DNA from: Lingula anatina
Lineage: Eukaryota > Animalia > Brachiopoda
Assembly (NCBI GenBank): GCA_051362555.1
Contig: CM120640.1
Span: 58,692,788-58,756,787, forward strand
DNA length: 64,000 nt
Direction: 5' to 3'
A model generated the notes under the pieces. The model was given only the letters and a program-made list of their open reading frames with translations. It had not been told where the DNA came from and did not search any database. Within the stretch, counting starts at the first letter, position 1; each line of letters begins with the position of its first letter. This document shows positions 1 through 12,198 of this stretch, one piece after another. The position numbers and the translations under genes were made by a program.

Positions 1-243
1 TATAATTAGAAGACTTTATAACAAATACATCTGTAGTTTTCATCTAATGTTGCTATTTGTTGTTGAAAAGTTTTAAAACTTGATGATGTGAAAGAAATTT
101 CCTGAGCCAAATTTCAGTTTGCTAATTCAGAGCAAGAGATTAGTTTTGTTGTTTATTCTTTCTTTCAGAAAAAGACTTAATTTACATTTAAGTTATGGTT
201 TGTGAATTGATACTATAAATCACTTATGCAGCACTAAAAACTT

Positions 244-2989
244 TTAGACTGAGGAAATTGGATTCTCAGTAAAGGTGTATGTATAACCTCTTTTCTTTTT
301 CTCACATGCACAAGATTCCAAAAATATTCTTTGAAATTTACTACTTATAATGCTGTAAAGCATAAAATTCACACTGGCATTTGTATTAACCAGCAAATTA
401 CTGATGTATTTAAGGCCCATGTTTAAATGATGCTGTGGTCCAGTATCAAAAGCATACGTTCTGCCATAGACGAGACATAAGATATTTAAGTAAATTGCCA
501 GTGACCGAGAGAGTAAAAACATGGCAATGATTGCTATTACAACCAGAGTAACATGTTGGGTGTCTTTATCTTTTTTGCGTTTGGCCATTTGAACTTTGTA
601 CTGCCAGGAAAGAGACCTGCGGACATGCCTGTGCCTCATCAGGTGGTAGATGAGTAATGCATTGAAGATGAAGAGCAAAATGAAAGGGATAAAAGCAGCT
701 ACCAGAGTATCCATGTAAAATATATATTGATTATAAGTATCATCTTTGCCCAGGGTGGTCATCAACATGAGTGGCCCATTCGGTGCTGCCGAGTTTGGTG
801 TGAATTCGAAAAAGTTTGTTATGTACAGAGCACTTGAAACTAGAAAAATCCCTGCTGTTATCCACCGTGCTCTTGGTACTGTGCAGATCTGCCCCACATT
901 CAGTGGCCGTTTAATGACAATGAATCTTTCTACCGCCACAGCTATGGTCAACCAGCCTGTGCATGTGATGCACATGTTAGAGATCCCATATCTGAAAGTG
1001 CAAGACAGGACATCTTTATCTGATTATACAATGGGTTTTAACTTAAAGGGATAACAACTGTTCATTTTGACCAAAAAAAGAATTCTCCTGGGGTAAACAA
1101 CAATTTTCCCATGCTTACCAATGGTTAATAAATCCATTTTTACATTCAAATTTAGTCTCTGTTTTTTTTAATGACAATGAGTATGATTAAACAAAAGCAG
1201 TAGTTGTCTGATTTTACTGATATATCCTTATATTTCACTTTATTTTATTTTATAATATTTTTTTTTTTTTCGTTGTAAAGCACAGTAAAAGTGTCCGTTA
1301 GATAAGGCTGTAGGGATGTTGCATCCTGTCTCTGGTTATTGCATTACAGATAAACCATCAGGAAACCATGAATATTAGCAGTGGGATTCAACCAGAACTG
1401 TTTCAGTCCATTATACAATTACGTAGCAGCTAATAACTGAAGGGCGTGTTAAGAATAATGAGAGGTGAAAAGAGGGAAGGCAATTACTCGCAGTAATATG
1501 CTCAACTTTTTTTTGCAAAGCCAAAAATCAAATATATTTTATACATTTTTCACATAAATGAAAAAACTAGGGAGTGAATGAAAAAATAACTAGTAACAGG
1601 TCATCTGTCTTTAATTGCCTAATTTTCTATAAAATTATTTTTTGATTCACAGTAGAGAATATCATATATGTAAATGAAATGAGGTGACCCTTTATTGAGG
1701 GACTACATAATAGATGGGTGCAATCAAACTTAAAACTTGAAATGTTCTTTAAGTTAACCTTACCTTATGTTTAAAACCCAAATCTAAAATTAAATTTATC
1801 ATGACTTTAAAAGAATGGTAGAGAATGAGTTTTATAATGTTATAATATAAGCTATTTACATTGTTTATCTCCAAGTATTTTGAGGAGATAAGATTTCTGT
1901 AACACCAGTCAACATCCTGTTTATGTCCGTTTTTATATCCAATATGATTGCAAAAAGGTGTTAAAAATAAAACCCCTTTTGCCAAATTTATGACATTTTC
2001 TGTTCATATTTTCTCAACATGAGGACACAGTTGTCAAATAGATTTTAGCCCACACGTAAAAAAAGTAACAAAATTAAACATCATTTTGTAAGATAATGAA
2101 AATTATTTTGGTAAGTGGCTTGCTTCAAAGATTTACAGAAGGTATGTTAGTTCAGGTTAGATTAATTAAAAGATATTCATGGTTTGCTTTAGTTGCACTG
2201 TTATTCTGTGTCATTGTCCTCTCTTTAGAGACGGGATTCATGTCACATGTGACACTACAGAATGACCTATGCACAGTATCTATGATACAGAGTAAATATA
2301 ATGTTAACACTGAAGAAGACAAACATTGATATGCACAGTTGTTTGTTTGGTAAATGATGGGAAGGATCAGGAGAAAATTGGTAATCACAGGTCTTTTTCC
2401 AAATTTGTACAACCAGATTCACTTTCAGTTTTTTATGGCAATGGAAATGAAATTATTTCTTTAACTCCATATTGCTTAAATTTTGTGTGCACAACTGTAA
2501 ATCAAGTGTTTGGTATTAATTTACAATTAAGGGTTTAGTCCTTATTGATTTGCAACTTTGATGACACTTTAAACCAGGTTCGTTTTAGGTGTTTTTCATT
2601 CATTTTTGACAAAAGAAGCAATTTTAAACTTACCTTGCTAGCTGATAATATGAGTTAAAAGTAATGAAACCTCTGTCCTCCTTGACAGAGGCTATTCCTC
2701 CAATAAGATGCGGTACTTGAACAACCAAGAGAACCAGGTCTGCTGCTGCTATGCCAATAAGGTAACAGGTGTTAGAAGATCTCATGCACCTTCTTGGCAA
2801 AATAAACAAAATGAGAATGTTGCCAACAATCCCTACTGCACATACTATGGGAAAACAGATAACTGTTGACGCAAATTTAGCATTCTCGTAGAAATTTTTA
2901 TACTCGCTGTATGTCACACTGTTTGTTGCAACTGTTGTGTTGCTGCTGATTATTGTGTCATTTTCATTATACATCATTTGGGTTGTCAT
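244..2989 (-). CDS. Class A GPCR, FMRFamide/sex-peptide-receptor-like; 2 coding exons complement(244..991, 2634..2989), 367 aa
   Basis: Exon 1 has N-glycosylation sequons, TM1 GIVGN and TM2 AAADL. Donor AG|GTAAG at 2633 joins acceptor tttcag| at 992 in frame (…LAR-YGISNMC…). Exon 2 has TM3 AVAVERF and TM7 NASVNFMLY. Total 1104 nt is divisible by 3. Confidence 0.9.
1043..1170 (+). mobile_element. Left end of a dispersed repeat starting TTAA|AGGGATAA (Kolobok-like non-autonomous element), copy 1
   Basis: About 125 bp closely match 21617..21745 (ttaaagggataa…gtaaacaacaattttccca…ccaatggttaat…ttttacattcaaa). The superfamily is inferred only from the TTAA-AGG terminus. Confidence 0.55.
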
Positions 2990-4796
2990 CTCAGTTGTTT
3001 TTGCTTTTTAGTGCCACTTCTCTGCAATGCAACTTGTTGTTATAAAACTGGAAACACTGTTCCAAACTTCTAAACTGATAACAGTGTTATTGCACTAGAT
3101 ATGGATGATATAACAGTACTTAGGGTAATACTGCAACTAGATTATACCCTGTGATACCTGAAGGAAGCTGTGAATTAGACAGTAAATCCTCTGAGAGAAG
3201 GCGCAGAAGATGTCATTTCCACAGAGACTTGGATGAGAAATGGATCTGGTCTGATGTGAATTATAATTGCTGCTAGGATCATTAAAGTTTCTTGGAAAAA
3301 GCAGTTTCCTCTTGCAGATCTGTTAAACCCAGTGTAATCTTGTCAAAATATATCAATTCTTCTGGTCCTTAAACTTCACTTATTTGGATGACTGGAGTTG
3401 ATAATATACAAGATGAGATCAGTAAGAATTAAAGATGACAAGGTTTGTTATCTACTTTACAGCTGGTTTATCTACTATGAAATAATGTTTAGAATCTCTC
3501 CCTTTCTCTGCCTATGAATCTCCAGTGTAACAAAGTTTACAAGTCCTTGGCTGCTCAGCTCTACAAGATGCCAGGTGCTCCGCCCGTAAATATTTCTTGA
3601 CAGGTACTAATGAATGCTCACTCTTGAACAAACCCAGTAATTCTAGTTCACCTTGTCAGCACAAATGGGTTGAATTCTGAGAAATTGCCTCACCTTGTAA
3701 AGTTCATTGAGGGATATATATCATTAGTGCTACAGGTATATATATTTAATCCTAATTAGTGACTGGGCAGTCATTGGTTGCAAGATGAATCCAAGTAAAA
3801 ATTTGTAGTAAGATTAATTCCCGCTATAGCCAGCCAGCATGTTCTCTCAAAGTTAGGCTGTTCCCAATTGATGAAAAATCTGGCAGAGGTTCCTCTTTGT
3901 GACTTTTGTTAAAGTCCGACCAGAGTCCTTCAACTTACAGGATATTTACCTCCTGAAAGAGATAAGTTATATAGATTAGTGCCTTGTCATGGGAAATACA
4001 TTATCTTGTGTTTGTGGTGTCAGGGCTGGTCATGCTATCTATATTACGATGCTGTACATATTGGTGCTCACATTTGGGAATGCAAAAAGTTTATTGTCTC
4101 TAAATATAGTGTGATTCAGTAGTCCCCAGTGGAAGTTTAAATTATTGATCATCACATGATGTGTTAATGATCATAGAACAAAGTTCAAGCATTAACTTGG
4201 GTGTCTATAAACCTCTGTAAAACATGAAGTGCATGGGCCCTGAAGTAATCTCTTCAGCAGTTTAAAGTGCATTCAGATTCACACATGGTACTAGCTACTC
4301 ACATGGTACTGTATAGTGTGCCCTAGTAGTCTGTTATAAAAATTTTGAAAAGAAACCTGTGATATTTGGAGCAATTTAAAAGAACTCGTTCCTTGCCAGA
4401 CGCACCCTTTGTATTTGTCAGTGGGGGTGATTCCACACCTAGGTCCTGAGTAGTGTACATCTCTGTCTATGTTACTTAATGCAAGTTGAGCATCTGGAGC
4501 ATGAAGTTAGGGGCCATTCAGAATAGAATGGTCCAAGGCTCAAATATGGCAGACCCTACATGAAAGAAAGACCGCTTAATCCTACAATGGTCTTTCCGCC
4601 TCTCACATGCCTCCCCACACGTCATCCTTACAGGGTGTCAGGGACCCCTAAATGTCTTAATGTAGTTTTAGAACTTTCGTAAGAGTGTAGGCAGAATCTT
4701 GTTCATGAAGTTTATTGTCATTGTTTAATCGAAGCCAGTTTGATCAGTCACTGCCTAGAAGGATGTGGAGGTGGCCAAGTGACCTCTAATTCAATT

Positions 4797-5180
4797 AAGT
4801 TTGGTTCAGACGGTCGAGGAGCGACCGGTAATTTAATTTAATCATATTACTTGTATACCTGCATGTAAGCTAGGTGGGTAACGTTATTCGAGAGAATTGA
4901 TGTGAGACCTCAATGAGACACGACGATTGTAATACATGTTATACATCAGAATTAAATATTTTTGATAGTTAGAAACTTTGCACGGGACTTGAGTTCGTTC
5001 TTTCACGCGTTTACTTGCGTATATTCAGACCTTGAACCTTGGACGAATTGAACTGCGATCGTAATCGATCGGCGGCAGTTAGTATTGCGTTAAGTTAACA
5101 TCAGATCCGGCCGATACCCGACAAGGGGCACAGTAATTAAATCTCGGCTCTATTCGACCAGATTCCATGCTCTCAGCTTA
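4797..5180. mobile_element. Probable decayed CpG-rich MITE
   Basis: CpG-rich block in CpG-poor DNA, bounded by TTAA. Imperfect subterminal inverted similarity (ggtcgaggagcgaccggtaatttaatt vs aattaaatctcggctctattcgacc). Confidence 0.3.
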
Positions 5181-5189
5181 ATTATCCCC

Positions 5190-6740
5190 TTTTTATGTAC
5201 AGACACAGATGTGTCTGTACATATTGCCATCACCTGCGTCTGTCGTCGCCGTGCACTTTCCTTGTAAACACGATAAGTGGAAGGCAGTTTTACTTTTTGG
5301 CTTTATGATGGGGTCACTATTTTAGTAGTTATGCTTTTTTTTCACTTTTCAGCATATATGCAACACTGTAACCACAATATAAGAAAAACAGATTGGCCAA
5401 TTGTCATTAAACTCACAGGAGTGGTCAATCCTGCTAAAACGCAGGATGAGTTCAAAAATCAGCATAATCGGGCCATTATTTTAGAAGTTTTGCTGTTTTT
5501 TCACATTTCCTCAGATTCAATTCTTAGGCATGTTAACAGTTTCATTATTTAATTAATAAGATACGTAAAAGTGTTTGCTTGACATTTCCTGCATCTTTAC
5601 AACATTGTTAGTTGATTTTGTAAAAATGATGGTAAACTTGTTATCGTGTATTGTGTAATAAAGTTTCAAAAATGGAAATAAACTCATATCATTGCAGTTT
5701 GTCAGATTCAATCATTCACTATGTTCAGAATCTCAGAATGGAAGAAATTGGACATTTAACACTGCTCTATTGATATTTTTCCCATCTCATCAATTTTCTT
5801 AGTTGATCATATAAAAATGGCAGTAAACTGTTAATTTTGTTTTATGTTAAAAATTGTTAAAAATGGGGGAAAAAAACATTTCAGAACAGTGCTGTCTTGT
5901 TTACATTTTGGCATTTTCATGTTGTGACTTTGAAGTTCCATGGGCCTGAAGACCTTTGCTAGTCACATTTTCTGAACATCCATGATACTAATATTTTATT
6001 ATGAAAAATTGATGGTCATTATGCTGTTAAACGTTATGTAATATTGCATCAAAATTTGAAGAAACCCCTATTTTGGGCACTGCTCCCATGATGACCATTT
6101 AAGAAAAACCATGTCACTTACTGTTTCAAACTTACAGGAAAGAAACATGGGACTAAAATACAGCTTCAGTGGGCAATGCAATCTGTTTGGAAATTATTTT
6201 TGCCAGTTAAACAGTTTGTTTGTGAAAATTTAATTTTTCACATATTGGCATTTTCAAGGTGTGACTTTGAAGTTCCACAGGCTTGAAGACCCATGCTAGT
6301 CACATTTTCTGAAAATCCATGATACGTATATTTTATTATTGAAAATTGATTGTCATTATGCTGTTAACCATTATGTAATATTGCATCATTTTGGGTGCTG
6401 CTGCCATGATGACCATTATGGGAAAACCATGTTACTTATGATTGCCAAACGTTCAAAAAAGAAATACAGGACTAAAATGCAGCCTGAGTTGGAAAAGCAG
6501 TCTAATTGACTTCTTTTTCTGGAAGTTATACATTTTCAAAATGTGAACTTGAACTCCCATGGGCCTGAAGCCTTATGCTTCACATTTTACTTACATTGGT
6601 ATTACCTGTTGAGCATAATTAAAATTTGATGTTGAATTTGCAGTTTAACATAATGTACTTTTGCATCAGAATTGACAGTAGCCTTTTTTGTTATTTCCTG
6701 CTTTTTTTCTGTACATTTGACAGCTTTGCTGTCTTGTTTA
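5190..6740 (+). mobile_element. Helentron/HINE-like interspersed repeat with 5' hairpin and internal ~337-bp tandem units, copy 1
   Basis: T-tract, then hairpin ATGTACAGACAC-agat-GTGTCTGTACAT (5195..5222). Internal units start near 5908, 6245 and 6531. A second copy lies at 18242..19000, with fragments near 7620-7740 and 40120-40370. Confidence 0.55.
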
Positions 6741-6903
6741 TCTTAAGATTTTGTATGAAATTTTCAAAAATGGTAGAAATTAAGGGGATAAGGAAGTTAA
6801 TTCCATGTTTCTGGCAATTTGTTTCCAACAATTTTCAGAGGGGTTCAAGAAGTTCAGGTATACTTAATTGATATATATTTGATTGAATAGGTGACTAATA
6901 CCT

Positions 6904-6958
<55 letters not shown>

Positions 6959-9298
6959 AAATGCCCTTCTGCTTCTATATATTTAGCATTATATCGATGA
7001 ACTGTGCATCTTGGGCTAGTCTAATACCCTTTTACCTTCAAAATGGGTCTATACTCTTCCACTTTAAAGTTATATTTGGCAACTTTTAAACATTAATTGC
7101 CAAAGTAATGTTGTAAAATGCTATGAAAACTATAAACATCAGCCTAATAAGCCATCATTGATTTTATGGTTGACGCATGATTCAGACTGCCAAGATTTCT
7201 ATTGATATTCCATAAGCCCATGCACAATTGACTTTATTCAAATAACAGACCTCTCAGATTTCCCTCAAGGCTCAGGGGTGTGAGATAAAACTTAACAAGG
7301 ATCTGGAGAAATTCAAAGTAAAGCCACTGAGGATTTAGAGACATTTCATTTGTTTAAAGGAGAAGGGGTCAAGTGTTTTGTATCAAAACATAGCAAGATT
7401 TACAATCAGCATTATATCATTTGAAAATGTCATGTTTACAACAGAAAAAAAAACTGTTGCATAAATGGTAAAAGAACACTCCACCTTGATACTTAAAATG
7501 CAAAAAATTGCTATGATTTTCATTTAGAGTAAGAGAAACTGAAATTTGACACCACCTGTTGTCATTACTCTGGCCATGCACTTTCAATGATAACACGATA
7601 AGTGAATATTCATAAAATATGAGAAGAGTTTGAAAATCAGCATGATCGGGCCATTTTTTCTTTTTTTCAGCATATTATACCCAACGTGTTGAGCATAATT
7701 AAAATTTGGTGCTGACTTTGTTGTTAAGCATAATGTATTCTTGCATGTTACATCTGTTTTAATTTGCCTTAAAATTGATTTTGCTCATTTTCAAGAACTT
7801 ATTGATTTTGGAAGGCTATGTCATAGGGAAGATTATGCTGTACATTGACTGGCTTTATAGAGGGGTCACTCATGCAAGTCGGCATTAGGTTGCTTTTGTT
7901 TTCCTTTTGATCTTCTTTTTGTTGGAATTATACAAACAATCTCAATTTGCCAATCAAAACTTGAGTATTCCATGTGAGTGTGTTAATTTTGATTTAACTC
8001 CAGTCAGAGTTGACCAAATTTTGGTACGTATTCAAAGATCTTTGGTGAAACAGGCCTCGGGTATATTGCTGGGGAAGAAAGTAATATGAACAGTCCAAGG
8101 TAGATTGCCCTTGATACCCACTGTTGATCTTGCTCTACAGATTTCTAGAAATGCACTCAGATTTGTAGATTAGTAGATGATTTCACGTAAACTGACAATA
8201 GACAACCCTTGTCATATTTAAGGAAATATTGATTGACCAAGTCACATGTTAAACGAATATAGTCTGTTTTTGATGTCTTTTACATGCAGTTTTTATGATT
8301 TGAGATGACTTTAAGACAGATTGGTCAATTGCATATATCTGCCAATTTGTGCTATTTACAAAACCAGATTTATGGTATTAAGAAAAAGTGGGTAATTGAA
8401 AGGAATGCCTTTCAGCACACATAAAATGGATTTCTGGGACACTGTTTTCGTTAACTATCAAAATGTTTTACCGAGCCAAGAAATGTAATTTCCCTAAGGC
8501 CCAAAGCAAAATGATAGGAAAATCAAATCAAGTTTTTAAACAATTTTTTAAAGAATCAATGAAAAAAAAAAACATTTTCGATATTTTCAAACAATGTTAC
8601 CATGACTAAATTGTATTTCAGGATGCAATTTCAAGAAAGGAACTTAGGTGACATTAAAGATGATCTCATCAAATTTATGTCTGAAAATAGATGATGGTGA
8701 TTGATATACTGTAGGTAGTGAATGGAATAAAATGTGCACCCAAGTTGTTTAACCCATTGGTAAATGTTTTCCACATTTTCAAAGGGCAGGCAAGTCTATA
8801 AACACATAATATTAGGTATAATAAGAATGGTTACTGATCACTAGTTAGCTCTGTACAAGTACTTGATAGACCTCGGTCTAGTTTTAAATAATTTGATAAA
8901 CTTTCTCAGAGGATGACATTATCCAATGCCCTACACCATATATTCCTCTCAGGGTTTTGCGTTACCATCATTTCTGTTTTTCACTTCAGTACAAAAAATG
9001 ATGATCTCCCATACACATGAACAATATGTATTGTTCACTTTTGGGATTTAAATACCAGAAATACACTCCACTTTTCATAAAAACAACGTGTAAGGAAATC
9101 CTGTCATCTGAGGTTGTAATCACAGATGTTATGACCCAATCCTGTTTCATTTCTTTCAGACACGCATGACAGCAAAACCAAAACTAACGTGTCTGTTTCA
9201 TTTCCCTGTTCATTTTCAGCCCAGGAACCTAGCATAAATAGTGGAAACTTTCATTGATGACATTATGACTCTGTCACATGAACATTAAATGAGACTTA

Positions 9299-9420
9299 GG
9301 CTCCGTTCACATGGAAAATCTATTTTCTAAAAATCTAAAAATCTATTTTCGGTATCTTATTATCACGGTCTGTGCCCTGGATATCCCGCGGCGTAATTAC
9401 TGGCAGCACGAGCGAGTTAC
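9299..9420 (+). mobile_element. Truncated PIF/Harbinger-type MITE (family C), one end only
   Basis: TTA|GGCTCCGTTCACATGGAAAATCTATTTTC… is near-identical to the reverse complement of 33166..33292 and related to 10815..11250. Confidence 0.7.
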
Positions 9421-9802
9421 TTCCATCTCGTTCGCCGTATTTGCCATATCGGCTGCCATTTCACCGTTACCACTACTTTTCCTAGACTACAAGGGCCTGA
9501 GTACCCATCTCTTGGATTTAGGTCACACATAAACTCACCTCGTTCCACGTAAATTAGGGCTCTGTTGGTGCACTGGTCTAGGTGTGGCCATCATCACAGT
9601 GCCCCCTTGTCCAAAATTTGCAAACTTTAATGCTTAATATTTCCCAAACCGAAGGAATTATGTAAAAACTTACTACAGATGGTTGACTGGATTTGCCCTT
9701 TGAGCTTTATTTCAAACGGGCCAAGATTTTGTAAAAATAGAAATTATTGCAAAAAAAATGTTGTTGTTGTTTTTTCATAAGGTTTACCATTTGCCCTATA
9801 TC

Positions 9803-9910
9803 AAAAGTACAACATTGCAATATTCAGTGGTGAAAATAAAATGTGAAATACTAAAAAAGTACAACATTGCAATATTCAGTGGTGAAAATAAAATGTGAAA
9901 TACTAAAAAA
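9803..9910. repeat. Perfect 52-bp tandem duplication
   Basis: gtacaacattgcaatattcagtggtgaaaataaaatgtgaaatactaaaaaa starts at 9807 and again at 9859. Confidence 0.9.
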
Positions 9911-10295
9911 TTAGCAGAGACACACCCATAGTTACTATTGAACTTGAATATGGGAAGTCATGTACTGGCAATCTAACTATGACCTTTAAATTGAAATTTG
10001 ACCCCCTTTTCACTATGAACTGAACATTGCAAGTTTTCCATCCCTTATATCTCCAAATATGGCAGAGATACGCCCATAGCTACTATTGCACTTAAATAGG
10101 AACTCATTTACTGGCAATGTAACTGTGACCTTGAAATTGAAATTGACCTACTTTTCACCACGTATGGAACTTCGCAAATTTTCTGCCCCTTATATCTTCA
10201 AAACTGGCAGGGATACTCCCATAGTTACTGCTGAACTTGAATAGGAATTCATATATTGACAGTCTTCCTGTGACCTTGAATTTGACCTTTGACCT
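9911..10295. repeat. Diverged tandem array, about 3 units of 145-148 bp
   Basis: Motif cccatagttactattgaactt…ggaa…tgaccttgaaattga recurs at 9925, 10073 and 10218. Confidence 0.75.
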
Positions 10296-10558
10296 TTTTT
10301 TTTTTTTTTTTTGCCATGAACCGCACTTTACAGATTTGGATTTGACCTCTTACTTTTCTCCATGATTTTGTTATAAATTGTAATTTTCAATAAAGAAATT
10401 TGGAACTCTCTGGGAACTTAACTGCATTTTGTAGAGCTTGTCAAACACAACACTGGAGGCTGTGCCCTCTTTTTTTGTTTTCCATACAAATGTGCTTACT
10501 CCAGCTGGTGGTACAATATCCGCAGGTGGTATTGCCTCTCTGATGTAACTCGTGAAAA

Positions 10559-11340
10559 ACGATTTCATGTCATCGCTGTTTAATCGCCAAATCAGGATCA
10601 CAGTGCGCTTTCCCAACACTGTGAAGTTCAGTGTACTCTTTCCTGATAATTTTTACATGTGTTTCATATTACATATTTCAAAATTTATGAATATAAAGCA
10701 AAATATGATGCATATTTAAAGTTGAAAGCATGCACATGAGAGACGATTTAATGTCATCGCTGTTTGACCGCCAATTCAGGATCACAGCGTGCTTTCCCAA
10801 CTTTGTGAAGTTAAGGCTTCATTCACATGGAAAGTCTATTTTCTGTAATTAATTCTCGGCTGTGCTCAGAGGAGGTTCTGATACGCTTGCCATTGGATCA
10901 TGACGGTTGCACTCGTATCTGTCGTGTGTATAGCTTCTTCATCTTCTTCGTCTTGTTGTTGCACAAAATCGACAAACACATTTTTCAAAGCATGGACATA
11001 ATAAGAGACCTTTCCTATTTAGGTCCAAGTTCAAAGCAATTGCGGTCGCCATTAACTCGCTAACTTCCTACTGCGCATGCGTCAAGGTATCAGAATCTCC
11101 TCCGAGCACAGCCGAGAATTAATTACAGCTTTGTATAAGTAACTGGCTCGCGCTACGCCACGGGATATTCAGGGCACAGACCGTGATCATAAGACATACT
11201 GCGAATAGAAAATAGAATTTAGAAAATAGACATTGCATGTGAATGAAGCCTTAGTGTACTCTTTCCTGATAATTTTTGTATGTGTTTGATGTTACCTTTT
11301 CCAAAATTTATAAATATAAAGCAAAATAAATATTCTAAGC
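10559..11340. repeat. ~185-bp tandem duplication; the second copy is interrupted by a MITE
   Basis: acgattt.atgtcatcgctgttt…gtgaagt…gtgtactctttcctgataattttt…atataaagcaaaata occurs at 10559 and 10743. The second copy is split at 10815..11250. Confidence 0.8.
10815..11250. mobile_element. Complete PIF/Harbinger (Tourist-like) MITE, family C, 436 bp
   Basis: Perfect 15-bp TIR GGCTTCATTCACATG/CATGTGAATGAAGCC flanked by TAA and TTA. Internal ~46-bp inverted repeat (10843..10889 / 11083..11129). Empty site visible at 10621-10638. Confidence 0.88.
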
Positions 11341-11415
11341 GGAAAGCGTGCTCACAAGATCGACGCCATATTGAAATTTTGATGCCCATGTCCAAATGTT
11401 GTTACCCAGTATTGT

Positions 11416-11458
<43 letters not shown>

Positions 11459-12099
11459 CTGTATCATTCAAATTGTATCTTGGATCAAGATAAATCTTGT
11501 TAGGGTTGCTTGTAGGCCCTCAATGCAGGGTAAGTTTGAAACTGGGCATGGTTAGATTACATGCATACCTAAAACTAAAATGCAGGCCACTTATGAGCAT
11601 AAAAAGGTGTGTGTTAGAACTTTTTATCAAAGCTGAAAAATATCATACAAAGGGCTTTATTTACAAGTGTAGTTATACAGTGAACATTTCTTAATATTTA
11701 AGCTAAGATGTCTGCACATTTGTCAGCTTGAACTGGAGTTTTGTAATCTCAGGTGGCGATAGCTCCATTTCAGTAAAAAGCTCTAATACAATGTATTTTT
11801 ATCTCTCCTAAGGCAGACTTCCCACTTGAGCATAAGAAAACTTTCCTGCTGAACTGATTTGCCCCTGCACAATCTTGATTTTTTTCCCCTATGTTTAATT
11901 CCCAGTTCTATAAACACCTTGTGGCTTTATAGAGATAAATTGTGATTTTGTATGCACATGCATGTGACCATTATGGTTGATCTTGTGCCTGCAGATTTTC
12001 TAAAAATGTTAGAAATGGGTTTTTGATTTAAAAGATGTTAGTGCAGTTGATAGTCTCTTGGAAATGTTTTTTTTTTTTTTAATTGAAAAAATATTCATG

Positions 12100-12195
<96 letters not shown>
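12100..12195. repeat. (TA)n microsatellite
   Basis: Direct read. Other (TA)n tracts are at ~11418-11454 and ~38368-38406. Confidence 0.95.

Positions 12196-12198
<3 letters not shown>

Noticed and set aside
746-1054. 102-aa plus-strand ORF
   Set aside because: Antisense shadow of GPCR exon 2; no recognisable motif.
9803-11340. Repeat cluster as a CRISPR-like array
   Set aside because: Units are long diverged tandem repeats without unique spacers; eukaryotic context and no cas genes.
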